Below, in pieces: positions 47,924-56,015 of a stretch of 64,000 bases of DNA. Location of the stretch: positions 336 through 64,335 of the forward strand of contig NZ_JAKFEB010000175.1 in NCBI RefSeq assembly GCF_036677305.1. Direction: 5' to 3'. The stretch comes from Brevundimonas sp. GTDB taxonomy: Bacteria; Pseudomonadota; Alphaproteobacteria; Caulobacterales; Caulobacteraceae. Under the pieces are notes generated by a model. The model saw only the letters and a program-made list of their open reading frames with translations. It ran no database searches and had not been told where the DNA came from. How positions within the stretch are numbered: the stretch's first letter is position 1; every line of letters starts with the position of its first letter. A program made the translations under genes and the position numbers.

Positions 47924-48757
47924 CTAGAAACTGACCCGGGCGAAAACCGACGGACCGCTGAAATTATAATCGATGTCGGCGTTGTAGTCGGTTTTCTCGA
48001 CCTGGAGGTCGTAGGCGACATAGCGGTAGGCCACGCCGGCCGAGAACATCCGGGTGAACCGGTAGGACACCGACGCCTGGGCGTTGGTGATGCCGCCGCC
48101 GTATTCGTCGACTTCAAGGGACAGGAAGTCCACGCGTCCGTTCAGGATGACCTTCGGCGTGATCTCGTAGGTGCCGTACACCCCGATGGTCGGCATGGGC
48201 GCCAGGAAGTCCCGTCGTCTTGCAACGACCTGACGAACGGCGGGACCGACCTGGGCCTCGCCTTCCAGTTCGAGCGTGAAGTCCGTGGCGTGCAGCCCCA
48301 GGGAGGCGCCGAGCTCGCTCCGGTCGTTGTGAATGAACGAATAGCCGATGGTGGCGCGGTACACGTTCGACGCAATCTTGGAGTCGAGGCTCACCCCGAT
48401 GGGATAGGTCGTGCCGTCGAATTCGATGGTCCGTTCCAGCGACTTGGACGCCTCGCGGTCCAGGGCGTAGAATTCGCCCGTAACGATCCACCGCGGGCTG
48501 AACCGCCATCCGCCGTAGATCGCCGGCAGGGTGTCGGTGTCCTCCATGCCGAGATCGCTCTCGGCGTCGATGTCCGTGCCGGGCTGGCCGGGACGGGACA
48601 CGTTGATCTTGGTTTCAATGCCCGGAAAATAGGCGGACCCCTCAAGCCAGAATCGCTCGTCCAGCGCCTGTGCGCTGGCGGGTGCGGCGGCCAGGGACGC
48701 AACCCCCGCCACCGCCATGGCGGCCAGCAGCGCGCCGTTCCTCAGATGGTTTGACAT
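47924..48757 (-). CDS. Outer-membrane beta-barrel protein (family not recognised)
   Basis: ORF track, 277 aa. Signal peptide ...AAPASAQA, alternating-hydrophobicity strands, C-terminal FARVSF. Confidence 0.65.
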   Translation of the reverse strand: MSNHLRNGALLAAMAVAGVASLAAAPASAQALDERFWLEGSAYFPGIETKINVSRPGQPGTDIDAESDLGMEDTDTLPAIYGGWRFSPRWIVTGEFYALDREASKSLERTIEFDGTTYPIGVSLDSKIASNVYRATIGYSFIHNDRSELGASLGLHATDFTLELEGEAQVGPAVRQVVARRRDFLAPMPTIGVYGTYEITPKVILNGRVDFLSLEVDEYGGGITNAQASVSYRFTRMFSAGVAYRYVAYDLQVEKTDYNADIDYNFSGPSVFARVSF

Positions 48758-49104
48758 GAGCCCTCCTGTAATTCGGAAGGCCAGTATTCGAGGCCTGCGG
48801 CACAGGTTCCATCGGGTTGAACCCTAGGGGGAACACGGTCGGCCCGCGAAGGCTGTCGCGGAAGACACACCCGCAAATGCCCGCGCTTCCAAGCTGTCCG
48901 CGCGGCGATCCCGAAACGATCTGGCTAAGGCCATTCGTGCGGCTGCCTACGGGCTGCGCCTGATGCCGTCGCGGGACGCTGCCCCCGTAGGATCGGCATC
49001 CGCCGCTGGTGGCGGGGCGACGTCATGAAGGCCTGCCCCTCGTGATGAGCTGTAGCGCGCCAATCGCTGCTGGCGTGACTCGTCCCTTGGATCGGGAGAC
49101 CCGG

Positions 49105-50211
49105 ATGACCATCGCCTCTCCGCCGATCGACGGCCCGTCGAGACCCCGCTTCGGCATCCTCCAGGTGATGCAGCTCAGCCTGCTGGCCCTGCTGGTCTTC
49201 GCCTGCGCGCGCGTCGTGCTGCCGTTCGCCAGCATCCTGGCATGGTCCGTCATACTGGCGGTGCTGCTCTATCCCCTGCACCTCTGGCTGGCCGGCCGCA
49301 TCGGCAACACCTGGTCGGCCTGGCTCATCGGCATCGCGGGCGTGGTTCTGGCGGTCGCGCCGATGGTCCTGCTCACGGCCTCTCTGTCCTCGGCCATCTC
49401 CGGGCTCATCGCGGATCTGCAGAATCACACCCTGCCCCTGCCGCCCCCGCCTGCCGGGCTCGCCGAGGTGCCGGTTGTGGGCGCCAGAATGTTCGAGGCA
49501 TGGGCCAGCGCTGCGGTGAATCTTCCAGCGACCCTCGCCGAGCATCGATCGGCCGTCCGTTCGTTCACAGCCTCGCTGGTGGCCTTCGCCGGAAAGATGG
49601 CGACGGCGGAGCTGGCCTTCATTCTCTCGTTCGTGATCGGGACCATTCTGATCGCCTATGGTGGAAGCGTCACCAGCTTCAGCCGGCGGCTCGCCCAGAT
49701 CCTCACCCGCAGCGCAGACCAGGGCAGCCGCCTCGTGGCCCTTACGGTGTCAACGATCCGGGGCGTCGCCCTGGGCGTCGTGGGCGTTGCGGCGATACAG
49801 GCGGCGCTGCTCGGCGCCGGCTTCTTCCTGATCGGTCTGCCCGGCGCGATTCTTGTAACCCTGGTCGTGTTCCTGCTCGGAATCGTTCAGGTGCCGGCGG
49901 TCATCGTGAGCCTGCCTGTCATCGCCTATGTGTTCCTGAAGGAGCCGCTCACCCCGGCCCTGATTTTCGGCGCCTGGACCTTCGTCGCCGGCCTTAGCGA
50001 CAACTTCCTCAAGCCGTTGCTGCTGGGCCGTGGTCTGGAGGTGCCCATGCCGGTGATCCTGATCGGCGTCATCGGCGGCATGATTGCGGACGGCCTTCTC
50101 GGCCTGTTCGTGGGCCCGGTCCTGCTGGCCGTCGCCTATGTGCTGTTCATGGACTGGTTCCGGCAACAGCAGGTCCCGCCGGCGCTGGTCGCGAACAATC
50201 CGCCGTCATGA
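49105..50211 (+). CDS. AI-2E family transporter (UPF0118/PerM-like)
   Basis: Within ORF 49009..50211. The ATG at 49105 is preceded by GGGAGA. Polytopic, with the C-terminal region LSDNFLKPLLLGRGLEVPMPVILIGVIGG typical of the family. Confidence 0.8.
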   Translation: MTIASPPIDGPSRPRFGILQVMQLSLLALLVFACARVVLPFASILAWSVILAVLLYPLHLWLAGRIGNTWSAWLIGIAGVVLAVAPMVLLTASLSSAISGLIADLQNHTLPLPPPPAGLAEVPVVGARMFEAWASAAVNLPATLAEHRSAVRSFTASLVAFAGKMATAELAFILSFVIGTILIAYGGSVTSFSRRLAQILTRSADQGSRLVALTVSTIRGVALGVVGVAAIQAALLGAGFFLIGLPGAILVTLVVFLLGIVQVPAVIVSLPVIAYVFLKEPLTPALIFGAWTFVAGLSDNFLKPLLLGRGLEVPMPVILIGVIGGMIADGLLGLFVGPVLLAVAYVLFMDWFRQQQVPPALVANNPPS

Positions 50212-50675
50212 TCCTCAGCATCATCCTGGGGCTTCTGGCGATGTCCGCCTGTCTGGCCTTGCAGGCGTCGACCCTGACCTTTGCGGTGCGATACTTCGCA
50301 TGGGCGGCAAAGCGCAGGCCGGCCGGATACACAGCGCGCAGCGACTTCTTCCAGTTGTCCACGATGATGGTCTGCCTGATGGTCGGCACCCTGATCCAGA
50401 TTCTCATCTGGGCGCTGTTGTACCGCTCCATCGGAGCCTTCCAGGATTTCGAAACGGCCGCCTATTTCTCGGCCGTGACCTTCACGACCCTGGGGTATGG
50501 CGACGTCCTGCTTGAGGGTCGCTTTCGCTTTCTCGCGCCATTCCAGGGCGCCAGCGGAGTGATGATGTTCGCACTCTCGTCTGCCGCTCTTCTCGCGGCC
50601 GTCCAGCACGCCGTGACCCGGCGAGTGGAGAGCAAGCGGGCGGTCGGATCCATCAGCCCCACTGAAGAGCCCTGA
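50208..50675 (+). CDS. Minimal potassium-channel protein (Ion_trans_2, no cytoplasmic gating domain)
   Basis: ORF track, 155 aa. K+ selectivity filter TTLGYGD in AAYFSAVTFTTLGYGDV, flanked by TM helices. The ATG overlaps the AI-2E stop (ATGA). Confidence 0.85.
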   Translation: MILSIILGLLAMSACLALQASTLTFAVRYFAWAAKRRPAGYTARSDFFQLSTMMVCLMVGTLIQILIWALLYRSIGAFQDFETAAYFSAVTFTTLGYGDVLLEGRFRFLAPFQGASGVMMFALSSAALLAAVQHAVTRRVESKRAVGSISPTEEP

Positions 50676-50709
50676 AGGTCGACACCGGTTTCTATCGGGT
50701 GGCCAAGGT

Positions 50710-50745
50710 GGCCCCGCGCCTTCGGGGGGGCGCAAGCGCGGGGCC
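50710..50745 (+). terminator. GC-rich hairpin downstream of the K+ channel gene
   Basis: GGCCCCGCGC-16 nt-GCGCGGGGCC is a perfect 10-bp stem. No clear U-tract. Confidence 0.4.
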
Positions 50746-50956
50746 GTGTCTGCGGGTAGGTGGCCCGCTGAGCTCGACAAGTCCCAAGGCCTCTTGCTGA
50801 GCAGGCCCATCTAGAACGATTGGCGCCCTTCGGCCCATCGGGCTCAGGCCCTAGGTGTTCGTCAGACTGCACCGAGCCGTTCTCAACAAACCCGGAGTGC
50901 CCGGGACGCCCCGACGTAAGGAGGAGCCGGGAATTCCGGCCTGCGCCGGACCTGGA

Positions 50957-51592
50957 TCAGGCCTGGATCAGGTTGTTCCTGATGGCGAAGCGAACGAACT
51001 GCCCGGCGGTCCGCACCCCCGCCTTTCGCATCGCCGACGCACGGTGGCTTTCGACCGTCTTGACCGCGATATCGAGCAGGTCCGCGACGTCCCTGTTGGA
51101 TGCGCCCTCGGCGATCAGCTGGGCGATCTGCAGTTCTCTGGGGGTGAACGCCTCGAGGCTTGAACGCCTTCGATCGTTCACGGCCGCCTCCAGCAATATT
51201 TCGGCGACCACCGGCGAGAAGTAGGGCTTGCCGGTCGCCAGCGCGGTGAAGGCGGCCTCCAGAAGCGGACAGGTCTCCGTCTTGAGCAGATAGCCCCGTG
51301 CGCCGGCGACGAGGCAGTTGCTCACGGTTTCCTCGTCGGCCGCCATTGTGAATATGAGAACCCGAGTCGCCGGCAGGGCGCTGTGCAGCCGTCGGGTCAG
51401 CAGTATGCCGCCCAGCACCGGCAGCGAGACATCGAAGATCACAATGTCCGGGCGTTCCCGAAGGGCCATCTCCAGGGCCGACTGACCGTCCGCGGCCTCG
51501 CCGCAAACCTCCCAGCCGTCGTGTGCCTCGATGACGTGACGCACGCCGAGGCGCACGATTTCGTTTTCGTCCGCGATCAAAATTCGCAGCAT
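50957..51592 (-). CDS. NarL/FixJ(LuxR)-type response regulator, paralog A
   Basis: ORF track, 211 aa. Receiver domain with LIADENE, phospho-acceptor context DIVIFDVSLP, and GARGYLLKT. C-terminal LuxR HTH FTPRELQIAQLIAEGASNRDVADLLDIAVKTVESHR. GGAGGG SD. Confidence 0.9.
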   Translation of the reverse strand: MLRILIADENEIVRLGVRHVIEAHDGWEVCGEAADGQSALEMALRERPDIVIFDVSLPVLGGILLTRRLHSALPATRVLIFTMAADEETVSNCLVAGARGYLLKTETCPLLEAAFTALATGKPYFSPVVAEILLEAAVNDRRRSSLEAFTPRELQIAQLIAEGASNRDVADLLDIAVKTVESHRASAMRKAGVRTAGQFVRFAIRNNLIQA

Positions 51593-51802
51593 GCGCCCTC
51601 CAGCCGGAGCGGTAGCGGGCAGCGTACGAACTCTTTGATGCGAAAAAATCAGGTCTAGGCCTGAATGGAGCGCGGCGACTCCCTAAGCTTGCATCGCGAA
51701 AACAGTCCGGCCGGGCATCAGTTAAGCGACAGAATCAAGACTTTGCCTGTTGTAGTAAATGGCCATAAATCATTCTGGATAGTCAAGTTACGGGGCCTCT
51801 CA

Positions 51803-51870
51803 GGGTTTCTACCCATAGAAAATGAGTGTTTTCTTTGGTGGGGTTTCTTCGGTTGTATGCTAGGGTTTCT
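51803..51870 (+). promoter_or_regulatory. Cluster of GGGTTTCT direct repeats in the low-GC region between the two response-regulator genes
   Basis: GGGTTTCT occurs at 51803, 51841 and 51863, all in the same orientation, with a degenerate GTTTTCT near 51828. A sigma70-like TTGCCT-17-TAAATC lies just upstream (about 51744-51772). Confidence 0.4.
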
Positions 51871-51907
51871 TCAGAGTTGGATGGACTCTTGGGCTGGGGG
51901 GCTGGCA

Positions 51908-52543
51908 ATGCTTCGGGTTCTGATTGCGGACGACCACGAGTTGATCCGGCGCGGCGTGAGGAACGTCGTGGAATGCCATCCGGGCTGGGAGGTCTGCGGC
52001 GAGGCTGACGACGGCCAGGCCGCGCTGGATCTCGCCATGAAGGAGCGGCCGGACGTTGTCGTTCTGGACGTCTCGCTGCCGACCATGAACGGCGTCGGGG
52101 TCACCCGCCGGCTGCACCAGGACCTCCCGAACACCAGCGTGCTTCTCTATACGATGCATGACGAGGACGACACGATCAGCGGCGGCCTCGGCGCCGGGGC
52201 GCGAGGCTATCTGCTCAAGACCGACAGCGCCGCGAACCTCGAGGCGGCCATTTCCTCACTGGGAGCGAGGCGCACCTATTTCTCGTCCGCGGTCTCGGAA
52301 TTCCTGCTCGACGCGGCAGTCAACGACCGCAAGCGTTCGCGCCTGGAAAGCTTCACCATGCGCGAACTCGAGGTGGCGCAGCTGATCGCCGAGGGCAATT
52401 CCAACAAGCAGATCGCCCGCAAACTGGTGCGCAGCATCAAGACCGTGGAATGCCACCGCGCCGCGGCGATGCGAAAGGCCGGGGTACGCACGGCCGCTGA
52501 GTTCGTCCGCTTCGCGATCAAGCAGAACCTCATCCAGGCCTGA
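51908..52543 (+). CDS. NarL/FixJ(LuxR)-type response regulator, paralog B
   Basis: Within ORF 51665..52543, using the ATG at 51908 (MLRVLIADDHELIRRGV). 211 aa. 131/211 positions are identical to paralog A in my ungapped hand alignment. Confidence 0.9.
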   Translation: MLRVLIADDHELIRRGVRNVVECHPGWEVCGEADDGQAALDLAMKERPDVVVLDVSLPTMNGVGVTRRLHQDLPNTSVLLYTMHDEDDTISGGLGAGARGYLLKTDSAANLEAAISSLGARRTYFSSAVSEFLLDAAVNDRKRSRLESFTMRELEVAQLIAEGNSNKQIARKLVRSIKTVECHRAAAMRKAGVRTAAEFVRFAIKQNLIQA

Positions 52544-52762
52544 CGCCGATCGGCCTGGCCCGAAGGCGCCGTGAGTCCGCCTCCCGGCCGTCGCGGCGCG
52601 GCACGCCCCGGCTGTGTCCGGTGCCGTTCTCCCAATCGCTCCGCGCCCGGGTACTGGGGCAAAATCCTTCGGGGTTTCGCCCGATTTGGTTTGGCCCCTG
52701 AAAGGTAGAGCCTCTCCAAGGGCCGCATTGCTGCGCGCCAATACAGCGTTGGAGATCACGGC

Positions 52763-53557
52763 ATGAGATCGCTTCGTCTGACACTCGGCGCCGGCCTGGT
52801 GCTTGCGTTGGCAACCGCCGCCGCGCCCATGGCCGCGGCCCAGACAGCACCCCCGCCTGCGGAAGCCGCGCCATCGCCGCCCGAAGTGGCAGTTGAACCC
52901 GCGGCTCTCGAGACCCTCGAGCGCATGAGCGCCTACCTGAAAACCCTCACCACCTTCGAGATCGTCGCCCGCACCAGCCAGGATCTGGTCACCGCCGACG
53001 ACCAGAAAATCCAGATTGACGGGATCAACCGGTATCTGGTCCGCCGTCCCGACGGTTTCCGGGTGGAAGTCGCTACCGATCACCGGGTGCGGCAGCTCAT
53101 CTATGACGGCAAGCAGATGACGTTGTACGCGCCGGAACGCGGCGTCTATGCGACCGTCGATGCGCCGCCCACCGCGCGCGAAGCGCTGGACCTGGCGGAA
53201 GCCAGATACGGCCTCGCCATCCCTCTCCAGGACCTGTTCGCCTGGACCGACCTGAGCCAGCACACCCGTCCCGGACCCGAGACCGCTTCGGTGATCGGGG
53301 TAACCCGGATCGACGGCGTCGACTGCGATCACCTGGCGTTCCGGGAAGGCTCGGTCGACTGGCAGATCTGGATCCAGCGCGGCGACAAGCCCCTGCCGCG
53401 CAGGATCGTCATCATCGACCGCGCCCAGACCTCACTGCCCCGCTACGAGGGTCAGCTGACCTGGAACGAGCCTCCGCAGCTTACCGCGGACTCCTTCACC
53501 TTCACCCCGCCCAGCGGCGCCATGCCTATCGGCATCGCGACCGTCGAACCCCTGTGA
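52763..53557 (+). CDS. DUF2092-like periplasmic protein (LolA-fold-like)
   Basis: ORF track, 264 aa. Signal peptide MRSLRLTLGAGLVLALATAAAPMAAAQ. The body (LERMSAYLKTLTTFEI...YLVRRPDGFRVE...) resembles DUF2092 as I recall it. Confidence 0.6.
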   Translation: MRSLRLTLGAGLVLALATAAAPMAAAQTAPPPAEAAPSPPEVAVEPAALETLERMSAYLKTLTTFEIVARTSQDLVTADDQKIQIDGINRYLVRRPDGFRVEVATDHRVRQLIYDGKQMTLYAPERGVYATVDAPPTAREALDLAEARYGLAIPLQDLFAWTDLSQHTRPGPETASVIGVTRIDGVDCDHLAFREGSVDWQIWIQRGDKPLPRRIVIIDRAQTSLPRYEGQLTWNEPPQLTADSFTFTPPSGAMPIGIATVEPL

Positions 53558-53565
53558 GAAGCGTC

Positions 53566-54312
53566 ATGAAAACCCGGAAGGTTGCCCAGGCCGCCGCGCT
53601 GATGATGGTCACCGTCATCGCCACGGTCGTGCCCACCATGGCCGAAGCCCAACGCCGCGGCGGCGGCGGCGGCGCCCGATCCAGCATCGGCGCCTCTTCG
53701 CGCGGAGGTTTCTCCGGCGGCGGCATGAGCGCCCGCTCCAGCGGGATGAGTTCACGCTCCAGCAGCATGGGCTCCCGTTCGGCCTCGGCGGGAAACCGGG
53801 CGTCGGCGTCGAACCGCAGCGCGGGAGCCAGCGATCGGTCGGCCGGCGCCGGCAACCGGGCCGCGACCGGGGACCGCGCAGGAAACCGGCCCTCGACCGG
53901 CGACCGCTCGGGCAACCGGACCTCCGGCGACCGCACCGGCAACCGGACCAACACCGGCGATCGCATAAACGGCGGCGACCGCATCAATGGCGGCGACCGG
54001 ATCAACGGCGGCGACCGGATCAATAACAGCGGCAATCGCATCAACACCGGCGACATCAACATCGATGCTGACGGCGGCTGGGGCGATGGCGGCTGGGATT
54101 GGGATCACCCCATCGCCGGAGGCATCGCCGTCGGCGCGGCCATCGGCATCGGCGCCCGGATGTTCGCCCTGCCCTACGGCTGCTCGCCCTATTACGTGTC
54201 CTACTACTACTGCGGCGGCGTCTACTACCAACCCCAGTACGAGGGGGACACGGTGGTCTATGTCACGGTCGACGATCCGGCGACGACGACGACGGTGGTG
54301 CAGACGCCCTAG
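53566..54312 (+). CDS. Secreted low-complexity repeat protein with Gly-zipper and Tyr/Cys-rich C-terminal domain (no family recognised)
   Basis: Within ORF 53554..54312. The ATG at 53566 gives MKTRKVAQAAALMMVTVIATVVPTMAEAQ (signal peptide). Then an S/G/R-rich stretch, about 14 G(D/N)R-type repeats ending in GGDRIN x4, then GGIAVGAAIGIGA and CSPYYVSYYYCGGVYYQPQYEGD. Confidence 0.7.
   Translation: MKTRKVAQAAALMMVTVIATVVPTMAEAQRRGGGGGARSSIGASSRGGFSGGGMSARSSGMSSRSSSMGSRSASAGNRASASNRSAGASDRSAGAGNRAATGDRAGNRPSTGDRSGNRTSGDRTGNRTNTGDRINGGDRINGGDRINGGDRINNSGNRINTGDINIDADGGWGDGGWDWDHPIAGGIAVGAAIGIGARMFALPYGCSPYYVSYYYCGGVYYQPQYEGDTVVYVTVDDPATTTTVVQTP
53953..54045 (+). repeat. In-frame 18-bp tandem repeat (GGCGGCGACCG[G/C]ATCAA[T/C], encoding GGDRIN), 4 good units plus 1 degenerate
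   Basis: The units are 53953-53970, 53971-53988, 53989-54006, 54007-54024 and a degenerate 54025-54045. They are preceded from about 53791 by looser AACCG/GACCG-based repeats. Confidence 0.85.
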
Positions 54313-54406
54313 GCCGGTCCGGGGGTGGGGCCTTCCTCTGCTCGGGCGGGGGAAGGTCCAGAGGCGCGCGGGGCGGGGCTGACCGCTGTCATTCGGGACC
54401 CTGGTC

Positions 54407-55885
54407 ATGATGAAACGCACCCGCGCCCTCGTCCCGTTCGCCGTGATGACCCTTGCGGCGGGGCTCGGCGCGCCGGCATGGGCGGATACGCTGAGGGAAG
54501 CCCTGGCGCTGGCGTACCAGACCAATCCGTCGCTGCTGTATCAGCGCGCCAACCAGCGGGCGCTGGACGAGCTGATCGTGCAGGCCCGGTCGGGTCTGCG
54601 GCCACGGGTGGATGTGTCGGTCGCCGGCGCCTATGCGAAGGTGGAATCCCCGCTGGGGTCGGAGGACAGCGACAGCGCGTCGGTCAGCATCGGGCTGTCG
54701 CAGATCCTGTACTCCGGCGGCCGGATCTCCCACGCGATCACGGCGGCCGAAGCGACGATCATGGCCGGACGGGAAGGCCTGCGGGATATCGAGCAGCAGG
54801 TCCTGGCGTCGGTCATCCAGGCCTATGCCGATGTCGTTCGCGACACGGAGATACTGCGCATCCGCCGGGACAACGTCGTGGTTCTGCGCCGGCAGCTGTA
54901 CGACACCACGTCACGGTTCGAGGTCGGAGAGATCACCCGCACCGACGTCGCCCAGTCCGAGGCCCGCCTGAGCCAGGCCGAGACCGATTTCACGGACGCA
55001 CAGGGACAGCTGGGCATATCCCGCGCGGCCTACGCCTCGGTCGTGGGCCAGACGCCGGGCGATCTGGAACCCATGCCGCCGCTGCCCGGGATTCCGACTG
55101 ACTTCGATCAGGCGCTGGATATCGCCAACCTGGACAATCCCGGCATCCGCGCCGCGGGCTATCAGCTGCAGGCGGCGGAGGCCGCGGTCGCGGCGGCCAA
55201 GTCCGAAAACATGCCGTCGGCCCGACTGACCGCATCGTACGGCGGCTCGAACGACGACTTCGACCAGCTGGGCGACATCATCGACAACACCCAGTTCCTG
55301 GCCGGCGCGACCCTGTCGGTGCCCCTGTCGACCGGGGGCCTGAACGGCTCGCGGATCGCCGAGGCCTACGAGCGCGCCAACGCGGCCCAGATCAATGTGG
55401 AACGCGAGCGTCGCAACACGCTGCAGGCGGTCAGTTCGGCCTATGCCCAGGCTCTGTCCGCCCGGGCGGCCCTGGGCACCGGCCGGGAGTCGGTGCGGGC
55501 GGGAACCGTCGCGGTCGCGGGCGTGCGGGACGAGGCGGACGTCGGCCTGCGCACCACCCTGGATGTGCTCAACCAGGAGCTGGAACTGCGCAACGCCGAG
55601 ATCGGCCTGGTCAGCGCCCAGCGCAACGAATACGTGGCCCAGGCGAACCTGCTGGCCGCCATGGGGCGGCTGGAGGGGCCCGATCTCGATCCTGAACTGA
55701 TCCCCTACGACCCCGCCGCCAACTATGAGCGGATCCGCGATCGGGGAGCCCTGCCCTGGGACGGGGCCGTGGAGTCGCTCGATCGCCTGGCCGCTCCACG
55801 CGTCGTACCGGCGGAGGATGCGCCGGACGCGCCGATCGATCGGCGGCTCAAGTCGGAAACCCCGGGCAGCGATCCCCGGAATTGA
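54407..55885 (+). CDS. tolC: TolC-family outer-membrane efflux/type I secretion channel
   Basis: ORF track, 492 aa. Signal peptide, then ADTLREALALAYQTNPSLL. Two internal repeats with coiled-coil character. Confidence 0.88.
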   Translation: MMKRTRALVPFAVMTLAAGLGAPAWADTLREALALAYQTNPSLLYQRANQRALDELIVQARSGLRPRVDVSVAGAYAKVESPLGSEDSDSASVSIGLSQILYSGGRISHAITAAEATIMAGREGLRDIEQQVLASVIQAYADVVRDTEILRIRRDNVVVLRRQLYDTTSRFEVGEITRTDVAQSEARLSQAETDFTDAQGQLGISRAAYASVVGQTPGDLEPMPPLPGIPTDFDQALDIANLDNPGIRAAGYQLQAAEAAVAAAKSENMPSARLTASYGGSNDDFDQLGDIIDNTQFLAGATLSVPLSTGGLNGSRIAEAYERANAAQINVERERRNTLQAVSSAYAQALSARAALGTGRESVRAGTVAVAGVRDEADVGLRTTLDVLNQELELRNAEIGLVSAQRNEYVAQANLLAAMGRLEGPDLDPELIPYDPAANYERIRDRGALPWDGAVESLDRLAAPRVVPAEDAPDAPIDRRLKSETPGSDPRN

Positions 55886-55938
55886 GGCGTCCGCGCGCGG
55901 CCTCGAAGCCTTGCCGCGACCCGACCCGGAATTGCAAA

Positions 55939-55968
55939 GGGGAGGCCAGCCGTCAGGCTCGCCTCCCC
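55939..55968. terminator. Hairpin between the convergent tolC and ompA-like genes
   Basis: GGGGAGGC-14 nt-GCCTCCCC with extra internal pairing. The minus strand continues TTTGCAAT. Confidence 0.5.
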
Positions 55969-56015
55969 CTCACGGCTCCCGACCTTCGTCCGGAGCGGGT
56001 GGGTGGACGTGGGGT

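Noticed and set aside
50679-50694. TCGACACCGGTTTCTA as a fifth sugar-acid operator
   Set aside because: Only about 11/14 positions match the palindrome. It lies between convergent 3' ends, not upstream of any gene. Its right half coincides with the GGTTTCTA repeat motif instead. The assignment is ambiguous, so it is not counted.
51665-51907. 81-codon N-terminal extension of response regulator B
   Set aside because: It is a low-GC region with atypical codons (Trp/Phe/Cys-rich). Paralog A defines the 211-aa length, and MLRVLIADD aligns with MLRILIADE.
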